A DNA stretch of 64,000 nt, taken from the sequence record PV029745.1; one strand, 5' to 3'. The translations under genes were made by a program, and so were the position numbers. Below are positions 49,801-62,384 of the stretch, piece after piece; position 1 is the stretch's first letter; every line of letters begins with the position of its first letter. The notes below the pieces were generated by a model, which was given only the letters and a program-made list of their open reading frames with translations, was not told where the DNA came from and searched no databases.

Positions 49801-52800
49801 TCAGGACTTTATTTTCAGCTTTACCGGTATCGCCATCTCCCTTACCCTTCAATTTATCCATCAAGCCAGCAGCGCCTTCTTTGGCCTTTTCTGCTTTATC
49901 CTGCCAACTACCAGCCCGGAGCTTTTCTGGAACTTGTGCTTGAAGAGTTTCAAGAATGCGACCCAATAGTACTTGATCAGTTGTTTCGAAGTCTTCGTAT
50001 GGTACGCGTTCAAAGATACGTCCAAGAACGTTACCACCCGCTTTAGCGAAACCACCTAACACTTTCTTAGCTGCACCTCCATAGAACTTACCCGTCTTCT
50101 TCAATGCCCAACCCATGTACTTCATGGAAGCATCGATATACTTCGAACGAGCAGCGCGAATACCACGCCATACAGTCTTACGGATGATACCTTTATTCTT
50201 AGCTAAGATATGTTTGGTACCGTCGTAGTTCTTAAGGTCTTTATACAGAGATGGTTCTATTACAGGTTCGCCTCTCTCGTTAAAGATCGTGCCATACACA
50301 TCACCAAAGTTTTCAATGACGCGACCTTTATCATCGAAGTACTTACCAGCATTAACTAGTCTTCGTTCGAGTACAGGTACATCATCACCAGGTAAATAAG
50401 CGTTCTGAGTTTCAATCGCGAAGTTGAATAGGGCCGAACCCATACCGATCGCTGTCTTAGCACCAAACTTCAGTGCGTTCCACGCTAAGGTAGATGTATT
50501 CGTTGCCATGAACTTGGCACCCCAACCCGCTACATTTGCTAGACGCCGACCTGTCTTGGTAAGACGCCAACGTTTACGAGTAGCACGCGACCATAGACCG
50601 GAAGCTAGTTCCTTAGCAGTTGCGATAATAGATCCATTCTTATCAAGTACATCACCTTTGATGTCTTGCATCGAATTAATCTGGTCACCATCTGCGTTGA
50701 AGTATTCACCGTTCTTTAGACCACGAGCAGAGATAGTGGGTTCTTGCTCACCATCCAAATACCAGTCGTGCTTATCATCTTCAGCTGCTTGTTTTTGCTG
50801 TGCGTTTTCACCTTCAGCAAACTGTTGAGCAGGAGGCGTTTGTCCACCCATTAAAGCACCGCGGATTTTATCCGCTGCGTTGCTCATGAAGGCAGGTAAT
50901 TCAAGACGCATTCCTTTCTTATCAAACAGACCTTGTGCAACTTCAGATGCTGTTAGAACCGTCATGCCAGTTGTAGAAACAACCTTACCGGTAATGTCGT
51001 GTACAGATTCGATAATCTTTTTGGTATTAAAGTCAACAAGGTTACCTTGAACAAAATCAATACCTTTAATGATGGGTTCATTTGGATTAAACTTTGTGAA
51101 CACATCAATGATCTTATCTTTCTGACCGATTGCATATTGGGTTGGATCATTCTGGAACTGATCCATGTGTTCTCCAAACTTAGCACGTGTCTTAGAATAG
51201 AGATCTTGACCCATTACATTCGCATCATTCCAAGCTCCTTGCAGACCAGCAACGTAAGGACCAAATTGGCCATTACGCATGTTGTTAGCAAAGTCATGGA
51301 TACCGGCGCCGTGCTTATTGTTCAGGTACTGGAATTTCCCCTGTGCAATACGGCTGTAGCGAGATAGTTCTTTCTTGATTCGATCTTCTTGTGGTGCATG
51401 TTTATTTCGGAAACGACGCATTGCATTAAGCGCATTGGCTTTAGCTGCACCTGGGTAAGCAGGACCAAAGAAGTTCTTATCATTCATATCACCAGAAGCT
51501 TCAGGTTGATAGTCACCATTAACCCATGGGTTGGTATCAGTAACGCCAGAGCGCATGATCTCCCAAATACGGTTATAGTTTATCCTATCTTGTCCTTGTT
51601 CAGTAATGATGATACCGAGCATCCGTAAAGGTTCAGTTTGACCAGCATTAATAAGACGATGTACTTCTTTAACTGGGTCACGACTTACAGAACGAATGTC
51701 AAGGAAGGCACGAGAGTATTCATCCCGTAGACGATGGTTTTCAGCATTATCTGCCATTTTACCTTTATCGTCATACTGGAACTTACTCTTAAAGAACCTT
51801 TGAATTTCATCCGTGGTTGTGGCATCCAAGCCATCCATATAACCGCCGGATTTAAGGTAAGCTTCTGGATCAAATCTACGGTTTGTAGACGCATCGCGAA
51901 GCATACGTTCACCAAGTGCCTTACGTGCAGCTGGAGAAAGTTTACCCTCTTCATCCATCAAGTTCAATGTGTCATTAATGGCACCACTCGCACTTCGAAT
52001 TGCTGCTGCTGGAATAATCTTCTTCTGAAGACGATCATCCGACAGCGATTGAACTTCGAATCGACCAGTTGTAATATCGAATACTTCACGCTCGATATCA
52101 TCGCGACCAGTGCGAATCATTCGCAATTCTTGAAGCTGGCGAGACAGGTAACCTGGGATGACTTCAACGATACTACGCTGCGTCAATTGGTTAAAGGCCG
52201 CGCCTTGATCAATTGTTTGATAGTTTCCGTTTTCCAAACGATCGTTCATGTGGTACTGAGGAACGAATGGCATAATAGCATCACGAATAACGCCACGGAA
52301 ACCATAAGTGTTTTGGTAGTTATTAACGAACTCTTGTAGATATGCTGGAACGTTGTCTAGGGCATACCCTACCTGATGATGGCGTCCACCAAAACGGTTG
52401 GATAGTTTTTCCATAGTCGGACGAACTTTACGACCTGCCCATGGAACAATAGACGATTTAAGGATATCGGCACCGTATTCACCGGCGATTTGACCAGCGA
52501 ACTTATAGCGATTATCCCAAACGGATGAACCAGCCATATCGCCCATGCGTAGACCGGCTACGATCTCCGATAGACGTCCGCCCAGGCCGCTGGCAACACG
52601 TTCGTTTACTTTGTTACCATAACTACCCAAGAAGCCATGAAGGCCCTGTGCAGCTCCGCCAGCTAGGCGTCCGAGCATGTTGCCCCGGCCGCGACCTGAA
52701 CCAAAACTGGTTAGATCGCCAACATTGCCTTTCTTGTAGTCTGGTAAGCCGGTATTACGAACTAATGCTTCATAAGCCTTATTCTGCAATTCAAGATTAG

Positions 52801-53596
52801 CTTCTTGTACTTTAACAAGATCCCTAATACCCATGTAGGTACGGAACTGAAGTTCAAGGCCTTTACGTTGAATTCCATAATTAACTTGTTCGTTATATCC
52901 TACAAGACGAGTTAGACTATCTACAGCCATCCCCATCGAACGGGACATAAAGTCAAAGCGTCCAGCACTTACTTTATCACGAATTCCACGTTCTGCTCTT
53001 TCAACGGCAGCGCGGGCAACTGCACCCTGTTCACTACGTTGGAAGTTTTCTCTGCTTACCAGCGTATTCTGATCGAGAGCAGCTTTAATTACATTTGCAT
53101 CATCATTTTCTTGCCGACGACGACGAATAGCGATTTGGTCCCTTTGGGAATCCACTTCGTACTGATATTGTTCAACCTTTCTGGTGAGCGTATCAGAGAT
53201 ATTTTCGTATAAGGCATTTGGAATGCGATCTTTTAACTGGGGTAGATAATCCTGTGCTTTACGACCAAGGTAATCTAGGTCGGATGCATTGACTCTTTCG
53301 ACCGTATCTTTGATATCGGTTACCGAAGCCATTACATCATCATAGGCACCAAAAAGACGCGCGAAACCATCAGGCGCTGCGCTTCGTAAGAAATTCCTTA
53401 CGATGTCTTTGGTTTTCAATCCACCGAGGAAGCCCTCTTTCAGACCAGATTTGAAATCGGTTACTGGATCACCAGGTTTGGTGGTTTCACCGACATCATC
53501 AAACAGGTCGTCCAGCTCATTAAGGTCAAGTACACCAATTCTGTTCTGGGCATTCATCCCAGCAGGTTTTGGCAGCTTGGTCTTTTTTGTAGCCAT
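46826..53596 (-). CDS. tape-measure-like virion protein with C-terminal lytic transglycosylase domain (phiKZ gp181-like)
   Basis: ~2250 aa, helical; [47 protein letters not shown] motifs; divergent from RNAP genes. Confidence 0.85.
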   Translation of the reverse strand: MATKKTKLPKPAGMNAQNRIGVLDLNELDDLFDDVGETTKPGDPVTDFKSGLKEGFLGGLKTKDIVRNFLRSAAPDGFARLFGAYDDVMASVTDIKDTVERVNASDLDYLGRKAQDYLPQLKDRIPNALYENISDTLTRKVEQYQYEVDSQRDQIAIRRRRQENDDANVIKAALDQNTLVSRENFQRSEQGAVARAAVERAERGIRDKVSAGRFDFMSRSMGMAVDSLTRLVGYNEQVNYGIQRKGLELQFRTYMGIRDLVKVQEANLELQNKAYEALVRNTGLPDYKKGNVGDLTSFGSGRGRGNMLGRLAGGAAQGLHGFLGSYGNKVNERVASGLGGRLSEIVAGLRMGDMAGSSVWDNRYKFAGQIAGEYGADILKSSIVPWAGRKVRPTMEKLSNRFGGRHHQVGYALDNVPAYLQEFVNNYQNTYGFRGVIRDAIMPFVPQYHMNDRLENGNYQTIDQGAAFNQLTQRSIVEVIPGYLSRQLQELRMIRTGRDDIEREVFDITTGRFEVQSLSDDRLQKKIIPAAAIRSASGAINDTLNLMDEEGKLSPAARKALGERMLRDASTNRRFDPEAYLKSGGYMDGLDATTTDEIQRFFKSKFQYDDKGKMADNAENHRLRDEYSRAFLDIRSVSRDPVKEVHRLINAGQTEPLRMLGIIITEQGQDRINYNRIWEIMRSGVTDTNPWVNGDYQPEASGDMNDKNFFGPAYPGAAKANALNAMRRFRNKHAPQEDRIKKELSRYSRIAQGKFQYLNNKHGAGIHDFANNMRNGQFGPYVAGLQGAWNDANVMGQDLYSKTRAKFGEHMDQFQNDPTQYAIGQKDKIIDVFTKFNPNEPIIKGIDFVQGNLVDFNTKKIIESVHDITGKVVSTTGMTVLTASEVAQGLFDKKGMRLELPAFMSNAADKIRGALMGGQTPPAQQFAEGENAQQKQAAEDDKHDWYLDGEQEPTISARGLKNGEYFNADGDQINSMQDIKGDVLDKNGSIIATAKELASGLWSRATRKRWRLTKTGRRLANVAGWGAKFMATNTSTLAWNALKFGAKTAIGMGSALFNFAIETQNAYLPGDDVPVLERRLVNAGKYFDDKGRVIENFGDVYGTIFNERGEPVIEPSLYKDLKNYDGTKHILAKNKGIIRKTVWRGIRAARSKYIDASMKYMGWALKKTGKFYGGAAKKVLGGFAKAGGNVLGRIFERVPYEDFETTDQVLLGRILETLQAQVPEKLRAGSWQDKAEKAKEGAAGLMDKLKGKGDGDTGKAENKVLKGLSDGLKGIFSKLTGTEGEEGSGAFDVLMGGGMKGGTKGRLMGLAKRAVPWILGGTAAAVGTGAMAYGYSKDGMDAKQTGILTAMSLNPLGQLTARYILKPIFGQMNDQRAEFRRLRMLQYGITDHDQQQKVSALEDAFDRVTERTEEPDFNISGVGGKAILDILGIDVKNEVQVMRMSRWLEMRFRPVFLTWVKALAKLKKNEVKLVDIDSKFPQELKGPLVKAVKISVSGDTPMQYRVDPFSEEGELEDTIPAADQLWKALYVRYKAGEKKDDTVPATAANTEVATKAQDIAKKAADTATGKTAPSPMDPTKSAMPLAAAKKAFPGLGGSTGAPIVATSAATTKLTALQSIRMRAYGLEVLSFYNVYPLLNAEAMVFDGLSIQGGVPEFRGDLESIMQETAPLFGKDIVGNDEDRSTYYDWFVGRFMPVARAYYGAMRNSTQGTTIANMESKLKPSDAVIVGNAVLGVTNWDGSSVWQVDSIFPIKGSKDDLKKMAEADLEQLKKDASKDIMSTPTQSAGDQAAGTQNAAAGGSFAERAMASISNTWESAKETVSNAWSNTKAAGAKAMDYVSDAAANTQYKLGMAGEVSATGRTYGTLTKGNGGAWEQIPYPKANKSRQAAAETFQTVAAMVGIPVELLFIFASLESGFDYTVKAKTSSATGWFQFINSTWDAMLAKHGSKFGIPPDDAQRSLRVDPRINALMGACFLKDNYTYLKDALGRDPTDVDLYIAHFMGPGGARKFLTRNQDTIGASVFPEAASANRPIFYKKGGQPRTLGEIYQMFEEKIAKHRGGAEGSSVATQEAGKTMTPEEATEEQAKANAKASAVELWNTDDSNNAGNAAVAREEAYSATGTAAQTPVLPGITPMNPVGGTTTSGTNPSADSGGNVIQAQQEAALQAAQQQNSTRQAEVRRNNEKAKQIDDIQAEQLKTLIEMRDHLKRLVQLNEQKDSSIKEASKTQAGGNNSMTSTLMRTTAAQNRPSPLSLT

Positions 53597-53663
53597 GGTC
53601 AACTCCATCGATATAAACAATCATATCGTTTAGCTTTTTGTAACCCCTAAGAGGAAATTTGAA

Positions 53664-55316
53664 ATGAAGAAGGCACTAGTCCCATTCAATATTGATCTTT
53701 TGATTCCGACCCAAGCACAGCTTTCGATGTTGGGACAAGTAACTAGCCACGAGATCTTCGAAGGTACCGGTGGTAACTTTCATGAGAAAGGTTTATTCTC
53801 CGTAGAGATTTTCGGACGAGTAGGCTCTACTGAACGTGAAGGTCGATTCGGTTATATCAACATGGGTCTTGAGATTATCCACCCTGTGATCTATCGTAAC
53901 CTTATTAAACTAAAGGCTTTCTACGAAGAGATCATTCTTGGTAAATCATTCGCTGTATTTGATCCAGTTGCTAAAGACTTCGTACGTTCCAATGAGCTTG
54001 AAGGTAAAACCGGTTACGCCTTTTTCTTTGATAACTGGAAGAAGATCGATTTCGGTGAAACTAAATCATCTATTCGTCGAGTACGGGTAGAGTTGATGAA
54101 GAAGTACATGAAAAACTGTACATTCAAAAACATGCTCGTTATTCCAGCTGCATATCGTGAGGCCGAGATTGATGTTGATGGCCGTGTATCGATGGACGAA
54201 GTTAACGAACACTATCGATATCTGCTTAACCAGTCTTATGGTGTTCCTGAATATTTCGGACCTAATGACGATCTGAGTATTTATGATCGTAAGCGTACTT
54301 CGATGCAGTTGACTGCTCTTGCGATTTATAACCATTACGAAAACCTATTATCTGGCAAGGGTGGTTATATTCAACAGAAATGGGCATCTCGTCGAGTATT
54401 TAATGGTACTCGTAACGTTATTAGTTCGCTTGATACCAATGCTGCTGATCTTGATCAGCCAAACCGTCCTAAGTTCAAAGATGCTGTAATTGGTATTTAT
54501 CAAGCAGCTGTATCCGTTAAACCAAAGACTATTTACCATTTACGCAATGGTGTTGTCGGTCAAGTCTTCGATAGTCTCTCTACTCGTGTTGAGCTTATAA
54601 ATAAGAAGACATTGAAACTGGAATGGGTTAATATTAGTAACGAAGAGATGGACCTATGGGGAACTCCCGAAGGTCTTGAACGTGTTATTGGTGAACTAAA
54701 GGTCATCGAAAAGCGTTCTCGTGCAATTGAGATCGCTGGACATTATTTGGCATTGGTCTATCTTGATGACAAGCAAAACTTCAAGATCTTTAGGGATATT
54801 GAAGAAATGCCGAAGAAGCTCGACAAGAAGTTCGTGCGTCCTATTTCCTATGCTGAATTGATTTACCTAAGCGGATTACCTATGTGGAAAAGAAACTCCG
54901 CATTCGTTACTCGTTACCCTGTTGAGAACTATAACAGTTCTATTCCTGTAAAGATGTACGTGAAGACAACTGTTAAAGGTGAGATGCGCTACCCACTTGG
55001 TTGGGACTGGGAACGAGATACTAATGCTGAGATCGCATTAGAATATCCAATCATCACTATTAACGAACCGGCGCAATGGCATGACTCCACGTCTATTTCC
55101 CCGTCTATACTTGCTCCTCTTGGTGCGGACTTCGACGGTGATACCGTGTCATTCAACGCCGTGTATTCTAAAGAAGCTATTGAAGAATCCGATCGATTCT
55201 TTAAATCTCGTTTAGCTTATATCAAGGCTGGTGGTGGTCTTGCATTCAGTGTCAACATCCACACGCTTAATCTAACTCTCCGGTATATGACTGGGGAACC
55301 GAAAAGTAGGATTTAA
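53664..55316 (+). CDS. virion RNA polymerase beta' subunit fragment (phiKZ gp180-like)
   Basis: GLFSVEIFG, RFGYI, RNVIS, catalytic LGADFDGD. Confidence 0.9.
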   Translation: MKKALVPFNIDLLIPTQAQLSMLGQVTSHEIFEGTGGNFHEKGLFSVEIFGRVGSTEREGRFGYINMGLEIIHPVIYRNLIKLKAFYEEIILGKSFAVFDPVAKDFVRSNELEGKTGYAFFFDNWKKIDFGETKSSIRRVRVELMKKYMKNCTFKNMLVIPAAYREAEIDVDGRVSMDEVNEHYRYLLNQSYGVPEYFGPNDDLSIYDRKRTSMQLTALAIYNHYENLLSGKGGYIQQKWASRRVFNGTRNVISSLDTNAADLDQPNRPKFKDAVIGIYQAAVSVKPKTIYHLRNGVVGQVFDSLSTRVELINKKTLKLEWVNISNEEMDLWGTPEGLERVIGELKVIEKRSRAIEIAGHYLALVYLDDKQNFKIFRDIEEMPKKLDKKFVRPISYAELIYLSGLPMWKRNSAFVTRYPVENYNSSIPVKMYVKTTVKGEMRYPLGWDWERDTNAEIALEYPIITINEPAQWHDSTSISPSILAPLGADFDGDTVSFNAVYSKEAIEESDRFFKSRLAYIKAGGGLAFSVNIHTLNLTLRYMTGEPKSRI

Positions 55317-55318
55317 CC

Positions 55319-58300
55319 ATGCGTTTGAAAATTCATCAGTTTCTGAAGAATTACAGTCTTCGAAACTCAGGCGAACTACTGCGTCCTCGTCTGTTCCCGT
55401 TGACGAAGCTAGAGCTACCCCAAGAGGTAGTGTATCAGTTCCTTGATGACAACGCTGCTGTAAAGGGTCCGAGTCAATCGGACCCCCTCTTTGCTAAGTT
55501 GCAGGGAAAGGTGTTCATTGAACACATTACACAGCTAGAAACACTCGATGGTAACGCTCGGCGTACTTCTCTTATTCCGACTACCCTTGAAGCTGATTTC
55601 CGTCGCCAACACCGTTTCTTCAAACCACTGCGTAAAGATGCGGCTGTAAAACTCAATATTCAAAACGTTGCTGTGTTTAACTACAGCATGCTAAACCCAC
55701 TCTGGAAGTACCAAGCTAATTTCAAATCTAACTGGTATCGCTGGAGTAACAACACCGCTACCTTCTGGAAAGGTGTTGTTGATGTACATAAACGCTTTGG
55801 TTGGAATCAGTTCATCGAACTCCATATTCCAGAATCCATGCCAACGTTTAATGAATTTAAGATGTTGGAGCGCGGTACCACTCAGGCACTACTTGAGAAA
55901 TTCCGTACTAACGCTGTATTAAACGTTTTCGATCTTTATCGTTTCCTTGGTGATAATCGATCTTCGTCTTATATGTCGATCGTACCTAAAGAAGCTTACG
56001 AAAAGATTAACTTCCTGATTCGTGTCCAGAATAACTTCTTTGTTATTAACCTTGGACAACTTGAAGCATGGCGTGATGCACCAGAAGTAATAGCAGAACA
56101 AGAGACCGTAGCTACTGAAAGTTTTGTGGATGAACTCGGTCTTGAAGTTTTCTATAAACCGGATGTAATGCAACGTCGAGTTATCAGCCTGTTGACTACT
56201 TTGGTTGAGTTCAATAATGGTAACGACACTCTAATGGAAGTCGAACCTGAAACTCCAAAGATCACTGACCTGATCGAACCCGAAGATAAGGTTGACACAG
56301 ACGACGAAGAAGTCGAAGAAGTTACAGAACGTGCTGAAGAAACTGAAGAAGCTAACGACATTGATGCGATCGATGATTCCAATGCAACTGGATCTAATGT
56401 TAGCACATTACTCGATCTCGGGATGCTCGAAGTTGTTTATGATCCACCGCCTGAATCCGAGCTTGAGAAAACTACTCTCGTCATCGAGAAAGATCCGCTC
56501 GAAACGGCGCCGATCAATAAAACACCAACTCTCAAAGTAGAGACAGCCCCGGTAACTAAATCGGTCGTACCTGCTTTTAGTAGCGGTGACGCTTTAGTAG
56601 ACCCTGTTGGACAAAAAGCATTTGAACTGTATCAGGTTGGCATGATCTCTGGTCGTTCGTTTGAACAAGCCGTTGATGATGCTTCTATGTACAAGTCTAT
56701 TCCTGATCCATTTGGATCTGGTAAAACTATCGCTGAGGCGATGGTTTATGAAGAAGAAGACTTTAAAGTACCAGTCGAACAGTTTGCTGATAAATCCACG
56801 ATTACTGATAAATCGATGTTGGGTTCTATTCACAAATCGATGATGCGTAAGTACACGAAGACTCTTCTACCTAAAGACATCATGCAATCTATCTTGTCTG
56901 TTCAAGCGCAAGGTGTTGCAGTAACTGATGTTCGTATGGAAGAAGTACGTGACGCGATGAACCATTATCAGTCGTTCACTGTAACAGTCAAGCCTATTCG
57001 TGGCCGACCTTCTCAACTGCGCTTCCGTATTCCAGTTATCGATCGCGATGGACGTTTCCGTTCTAATGGTGTAACTTATCGTCAGCGTCTGCAACGTGCG
57101 GATATTCCAATCCGTAAAGTAAACCCACTTAAAGTTGCTCTGACAAGTTATTACAATAAGACATTCGTTACACGTTCTGAACGAGCAGAAAACAACTACG
57201 ATACTTGGTTGATTCGACAGATTGGTGTTAGGGCAAGAGATAATAACGATGTCTCTGTAACTGAGGTGCGTTATGCAGAACTAGACCAGTCTATGTTCGT
57301 TCTACCGCGAGTGTACTCTGCATTGGGTAGAGCTTATCGTTCTTTCAAGAACGGAGCAAATGAGTTCTATTTTAAGTTCGATGACCATGCCGAATATTTC
57401 CAAAAGACTTACGGTATTTCGGTAGAAGCATTAGAGAAAGATGGGATGGTTGTAGTAGGTGCCCATAATCGGTTACCTATTCTAGTTGACAGCTCGTCTC
57501 AGTTCTATGTTAAAGAAGGTAATGAACTTGAACCCATGGGCACCATGGTAGATATCCTAGGTCTTAATCAGGTTAAAGCTCCTCTTGAAGCTATTCTAGT
57601 TTCAGTTGCTAACAAAGAGCTTCCACTTGGTTTCATTCTTGGTTATCGCCAAGGCCTGTCCACTCTACTTGATACACTTGGAGTTCAATACCAGAGCCAT
57701 CCGCGTGGCACTCGCATTAGTGTTAGTCCTGATGATTATACACTGGCATTCTCTGACGAGATCCTTGTATTCAGTCGTCAAGATTATCGTGCGACATTGG
57801 TGTTGTCCGGGCTGAAACGTTACCATCAATCTTTGAAGAAGTTCTCTCGATGGGATTTTGACCGGCGTGATGTTTACTTCCGTCTATTAGAAGAAGCTGG
57901 TATGTCTGCCCGATACACTCGTGAAATCGATGGCTTGTTTACTTCTTTCGTTGACCCGATCACAAAAGGTCTTCTGGAAGAAATGAAAGAACCTACTGAT
58001 TTCCAAGGGCTACTGTATCGTTCCGTAGAGCTGCTAACTAATGACTGGTCACCAGCAGAAGTAGATGGTGCATATATGCGCTATCGTGGTTATGAACGCA
58101 TGGCAGGAACTATCTACGGTAGTCTGAACCGCGCTGTTCGTATCTACAACAACCGTGAAGGTTCTGCGGATCAACAGATCGTGATGGACCAACACGAAGT
58201 TTGGCGTAAGATTGCATCTGACCCAACTGTAGCTACTATTGAAGATTCTAACCCAATCGCTAACTTGCGTGAGCAAGAAGCCATGACTTATCGTGGTGAT

Positions 58301-59680
58301 GGTGGTCGTGGGTCGACTTCAATGGTTGCCCGTACACGTATCTACCATGAATCTGACGTGGGTGTAGTTTCTGAATCCACTGTAGACTCTGGTGATGTGG
58401 GTGTAATCGCTTATCTATCTCCTGATGCTAACTTCAACAGCATGCGTGGTACAACTCGGTTGTTTGAGAAAGGTAAGGATGGCGCCGCTAAGATGCTATC
58501 TACCGGTGCTCTCACCGGGGTTGCTACAACAAACGATGACCCGAAACGGATTAACTTCGTTAGTATTCAGCAACAGCAAGGTATCTATGCAGATGGCTAT
58601 GAGGTAACTCCTCTTCGCACTGGTTATGAGCAGATTATCGCTCAACGTACCAGTTCGATCTTTGCGTCTGCCGCCGAACAAGATGGAGAGGTGATTGCAG
58701 TAGACGGTCATGGCATTACAGTTAAATATGCTGACGGTGAGATCTTTAGTTCTCAGCTTGGAACCGTCCATGGTACTGCTGCGGGTGTAAACTATCCGCA
58801 TACTCTCGTTACCACACTTAAGAAGGGTGATAAGTTCAAACGCGGTGATACGCTTACTTTCAATAGTAAGTATTTTACCGAAGATCGTTATACCCCTGGA
58901 CAAGTTCTTTGGAAAGCTGGTGTCATGGTTCGTGTTGCATTCTGCGATAACCTTGATACACTTGAAGACGGATCTGTTATTAGTAAAGACGTGGCTATTA
59001 AGCTTAATACTCAGACAACTGACATCAAGAACATTACTGTTCGATTTGATCAGTCGATTGAGAATTTGGTCAAAGTTGGAGAACACGTAGACTTGGATTC
59101 AATTCTATGTACTATTCAAGACCCCGAAATGGCCGAGAACTCTCTGTTTGGTGCCGCTGCTATTGAAACACTGAAGAAACTTTCGGCTAATGCACCCCGT
59201 GCTAAAGTCGTAGGGACCATCTCTAAAATCGAATGTTACTATCATGGTGACATTGAAGACATGTCCAGTAATCTTCAGAAGATAGCCAGAGCATCTGATA
59301 AAGAGAGAGCCGATAGGGCCAAGTCGTTGAACGAACCAGAATTCACAGGTGAAGTCGACGCATCCTTCCGTGTTAAAGGTCAAATGCTTGAACCTGACAA
59401 CATGGTTATCCGAATCTACATCGACCATGATATCCCTTGTGGTACTGGTGACAAAGGTGTAGTAGCGAACCAGATGAAAACTGTATTCTCTCGGGTAATG
59501 GATGGCCGTAACGAATGTGAAGACGGTACTCCGATTGGTCTGATCTTCGGCAACACTTCGGTTGAAGAACGGATGGTCATGTCCCCTAAACTGATTGCGA
59601 CCACTACAATCTTGCAGCAAGCTCTTTCCAAGCACGTAGCTGCTCTCTATCGAGGAACCACAAATGCAAAATCAAAGTAA
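55319..59680 (+). CDS. virion RNA polymerase beta subunit fragment (phiKZ gp178-like)
   Basis: 1453 aa; SESTVDSGDVG, DDPKRINFVSIQQ, EDGSVIS, GDKGVVANQMKTV. Confidence 0.88.
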   Translation: MRLKIHQFLKNYSLRNSGELLRPRLFPLTKLELPQEVVYQFLDDNAAVKGPSQSDPLFAKLQGKVFIEHITQLETLDGNARRTSLIPTTLEADFRRQHRFFKPLRKDAAVKLNIQNVAVFNYSMLNPLWKYQANFKSNWYRWSNNTATFWKGVVDVHKRFGWNQFIELHIPESMPTFNEFKMLERGTTQALLEKFRTNAVLNVFDLYRFLGDNRSSSYMSIVPKEAYEKINFLIRVQNNFFVINLGQLEAWRDAPEVIAEQETVATESFVDELGLEVFYKPDVMQRRVISLLTTLVEFNNGNDTLMEVEPETPKITDLIEPEDKVDTDDEEVEEVTERAEETEEANDIDAIDDSNATGSNVSTLLDLGMLEVVYDPPPESELEKTTLVIEKDPLETAPINKTPTLKVETAPVTKSVVPAFSSGDALVDPVGQKAFELYQVGMISGRSFEQAVDDASMYKSIPDPFGSGKTIAEAMVYEEEDFKVPVEQFADKSTITDKSMLGSIHKSMMRKYTKTLLPKDIMQSILSVQAQGVAVTDVRMEEVRDAMNHYQSFTVTVKPIRGRPSQLRFRIPVIDRDGRFRSNGVTYRQRLQRADIPIRKVNPLKVALTSYYNKTFVTRSERAENNYDTWLIRQIGVRARDNNDVSVTEVRYAELDQSMFVLPRVYSALGRAYRSFKNGANEFYFKFDDHAEYFQKTYGISVEALEKDGMVVVGAHNRLPILVDSSSQFYVKEGNELEPMGTMVDILGLNQVKAPLEAILVSVANKELPLGFILGYRQGLSTLLDTLGVQYQSHPRGTRISVSPDDYTLAFSDEILVFSRQDYRATLVLSGLKRYHQSLKKFSRWDFDRRDVYFRLLEEAGMSARYTREIDGLFTSFVDPITKGLLEEMKEPTDFQGLLYRSVELLTNDWSPAEVDGAYMRYRGYERMAGTIYGSLNRAVRIYNNREGSADQQIVMDQHEVWRKIASDPTVATIEDSNPIANLREQEAMTYRGDGGRGSTSMVARTRIYHESDVGVVSESTVDSGDVGVIAYLSPDANFNSMRGTTRLFEKGKDGAAKMLSTGALTGVATTNDDPKRINFVSIQQQQGIYADGYEVTPLRTGYEQIIAQRTSSIFASAAEQDGEVIAVDGHGITVKYADGEIFSSQLGTVHGTAAGVNYPHTLVTTLKKGDKFKRGDTLTFNSKYFTEDRYTPGQVLWKAGVMVRVAFCDNLDTLEDGSVISKDVAIKLNTQTTDIKNITVRFDQSIENLVKVGEHVDLDSILCTIQDPEMAENSLFGAAAIETLKKLSANAPRAKVVGTISKIECYYHGDIEDMSSNLQKIARASDKERADRAKSLNEPEFTGEVDASFRVKGQMLEPDNMVIRIYIDHDIPCGTGDKGVVANQMKTVFSRVMDGRNECEDGTPIGLIFGNTSVEERMVMSPKLIATTTILQQALSKHVAALYRGTTNAKSK

Positions 59681-59858
59681 CAACGTAGTACTCAGTCAGA
59701 ACATCGCTGTTCTGACTGCTGCTGCCGAACTTGGAGCCGAAGCTTTGCTTCGCTCCATCGGCGGTGACACCTCGGCAGCTACTCTAGAAGGTGAGTATCT
59801 GACCAAAGAAGATATTCAGGCAGCTATCGTTGCCCGTATGTGCAAATTCCTCGGTTAA
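59664..59858 (+). CDS. small hypothetical protein
   Basis: 64 aa; GAGGA RBS; overlaps the RNAP stop. Confidence 0.55.
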   Translation: MQNQSNNVVLSQNIAVLTAAAELGAEALLRSIGGDTSAATLEGEYLTKEDIQAAIVARMCKFLG

Positions 59859-59870
59859 TTAGGAGTCAAC

Positions 59871-61577
59871 ATGTTTAATCCCGAAACTCTGGACGCTGTT
59901 CGCGATGCAGCTCAAGCATTCACTGAACAGGAACGTGTTCTGACAATTCCGAACCCCGAGTTCCCTCTAGCTGTATATGCTGACGGTTTCAACTGTGAAA
60001 CCGAAGGTAATAAAGTTGCAATGTCCGATGAACTGGCTGCTTCCGTTGAAGCTCATTTCGTCGAAAGTAACGTTGAAGCACCCGAGAACGTTAATGAAGA
60101 ACGTGAAGCGATCATCAGCAATATGCATACTGCTATTGCCAAGATTCAATTCAATACTCAAAACGTTATCATTCCGGCTATTAAAGCAATGGCCACTGAC
60201 TATGCCTCCCGTCAGAACGTAAGTTCTCAAGCGGATTGCGATGTCAGCACTTTCAACTACGACCCGATTCATAACGATCCTCGTCTAGTTAACCACATCC
60301 AAACTCGCTATGCTAAAGTGCGTCCTCTACCGGAATATCGTACCTTTATGCTTCGCCCGGTTGATGCTGCTACCATCATCGAGATGGTATCCATCAATAA
60401 CCCACACCTGGATCAAGAGCAAGTTACTGAATGGGCTCTTAAGATTCCGGCACAACGGGTAGAAAACGTTTGGAGTGAACTATTTGGTACTGCACGTGGT
60501 TTGACTGTTTCTAACCTGAGCTTTATCAATCCTAATGCTTTCCCGTTTAATCTTGATGAACTGACTCTAGCTTATTTCATCTGTGGTCATTACATCGAGA
60601 ACCCACAAGAAGTACCTGGTGAATCCGTAACATCGGAAGAATGGGAACAAACGGTTCGTCTACTCCACGAGATGCTTGGTTTCTACATCATCCGTGCGTA
60701 TGAGAATCGTCTTGAAATGCGAGAGTCTAATACTCTTGTACTTCGTTATGAAGCTCATCGCCCAGTTGAAAACCGTCGTGTACTTGTTACTCTTAACGGT
60801 GACGTTGCTGAGAGCTGGCTCGTTAAAGGTGGTTCTGTTGAAGCTCTGCTTGGTGCAGCTATTGATGGCGGTAATGTCGTACATGCACAGGGCATTGACG
60901 CACGTGCTGATCATTACATCAAACGCTGGACCGCTACATATCCGCTAATCAAACAAGCAGCACTCGACTACGCTGAGAGCCGTCGTCGGCAGGACGTTAT
61001 TGATACCTTCCTCGCCCACTGTGGTGAAGGTCCTTTACGTGAAATGAATATCGGTAACGTACGTGAACTACTGGCTACCGCCATGCGTTTCGTTCGGCGC
61101 GAAGATCTGGATAATCCATACTGCGTATTCAGTAATCTTATCTGCCGTACTTACTACACCGAACCGATGTATAAGCTGTATCTCGATACTATCGATGAAT
61201 ATGGCCAAAACTTCCCCGGTGCAGAACTACGTGAATTGAATACTCAAGCTCTGATTTCGCTGATTGCTATTTTCCAAGCACAGCAGATCAAAGTAGAAAC
61301 ATTCAATCCTGATGTTGATCCGAATGCAACTCTTCCTGAACCAGAAGAAGTGCCAGAGGAAATAACTGAACCAACTAGTGAAGAAGTTGCCGATGCTGTC
61401 GGTGATGCAGTAGAAGGTGAAGGTCCCCTGGCTGAAACTCCGGAAGTAGAAGACGAAGAAGATCCTTACGCTGATGAAACTCCTACTGAATCTGAGACTG
61501 AAGAAGTCGAAGAAGAGCAGGAAGAAGCCAGTGAAGAAGAAACTGAGTCCGAAACTGAAGAAGAAGAACAAGCATAA
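59871..61577 (+). CDS. head protein with long acidic C-terminal tail
   Basis: 568 aa; AGGAG RBS; Glu-rich tail; synteny with the phiKZ head block. Confidence 0.6.
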   Translation: MFNPETLDAVRDAAQAFTEQERVLTIPNPEFPLAVYADGFNCETEGNKVAMSDELAASVEAHFVESNVEAPENVNEEREAIISNMHTAIAKIQFNTQNVIIPAIKAMATDYASRQNVSSQADCDVSTFNYDPIHNDPRLVNHIQTRYAKVRPLPEYRTFMLRPVDAATIIEMVSINNPHLDQEQVTEWALKIPAQRVENVWSELFGTARGLTVSNLSFINPNAFPFNLDELTLAYFICGHYIENPQEVPGESVTSEEWEQTVRLLHEMLGFYIIRAYENRLEMRESNTLVLRYEAHRPVENRRVLVTLNGDVAESWLVKGGSVEALLGAAIDGGNVVHAQGIDARADHYIKRWTATYPLIKQAALDYAESRRRQDVIDTFLAHCGEGPLREMNIGNVRELLATAMRFVRREDLDNPYCVFSNLICRTYYTEPMYKLYLDTIDEYGQNFPGAELRELNTQALISLIAIFQAQQIKVETFNPDVDPNATLPEPEEVPEEITEPTSEEVADAVGDAVEGEGPLAETPEVEDEEDPYADETPTESETEEVEEEQEEASEEETESETEEEEQA

Positions 61578-61646
61578 TTGATAACCTCCGGTATCCTTCG
61601 GGGTACCGGAGTGTGTCAACTTTCCTTTTTCTAAGAAGAGACTTAT

Positions 61647-62369
61647 ATGAACGTTAGGCAATTAACACGTGATGCTGCACGCGTAAATGCAAATCTGATT
61701 GAATTGGAAGATGGTGGTATTGCTACAAACCTTCCCTGTAAGATTCAAATTCCAGAACGTTTTGCTGCTAAGAACTTGGCTGTATTAGGTAGTGAAGTAT
61801 TCATATTTGGATTCTTTCCTATCATCATGAATGAAGAGTTTTACGCGGTTAATAATACAATCGCGATGATGCGCATTCTTCCAAACTCTACTGAGCGTGT
61901 TGTTGTAGAGAGTGAACCTTATTACGAATTTAGTTTCGAGAAAGGTGATAAAGTTTTCTATTCGACACATCTTGTGGTCAACGACACACTAACATATTAC
62001 ATGTACGACGAGTTCGTATCCAAAGGGAACATCCCTTGGTATATGAACTATTATGACATGGCGAAAATGTTCGAAACTGCAAAAGAACATGCAGATACAT
62101 TTATTGGTGGTCGTTCGATTATCGAGCTTATCATTTCAACCATCGCTCGTGATCCGGATGATATGACAAGACTATACCGCCACATTCTGTCGCGGCATGA
62201 TGATGTTAAAAATAAACCTCCAGTAACCGTACCTTTCCGATCGGTTATTTGGAACACCTCAGATACCACCTCAAAACTTAATGGTGCTTACTTCAGCGAC
62301 GCTATCAACTCTGCACTAGTGAACCCTAGTGAGAAAGTAGAAGTGATTGAAGAGCTATTGAGGACATAA
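61647..62369 (+). CDS. conserved phiKZ-like virion protein
   Basis: 240 aa between the head protein and protease; synteny. Confidence 0.6.
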   Translation: MNVRQLTRDAARVNANLIELEDGGIATNLPCKIQIPERFAAKNLAVLGSEVFIFGFFPIIMNEEFYAVNNTIAMMRILPNSTERVVVESEPYYEFSFEKGDKVFYSTHLVVNDTLTYYMYDEFVSKGNIPWYMNYYDMAKMFETAKEHADTFIGGRSIIELIISTIARDPDDMTRLYRHILSRHDDVKNKPPVTVPFRSVIWNTSDTTSKLNGAYFSDAINSALVNPSEKVEVIEELLRT

Positions 62370-62384
62370 CACGGAGTTGCAGAA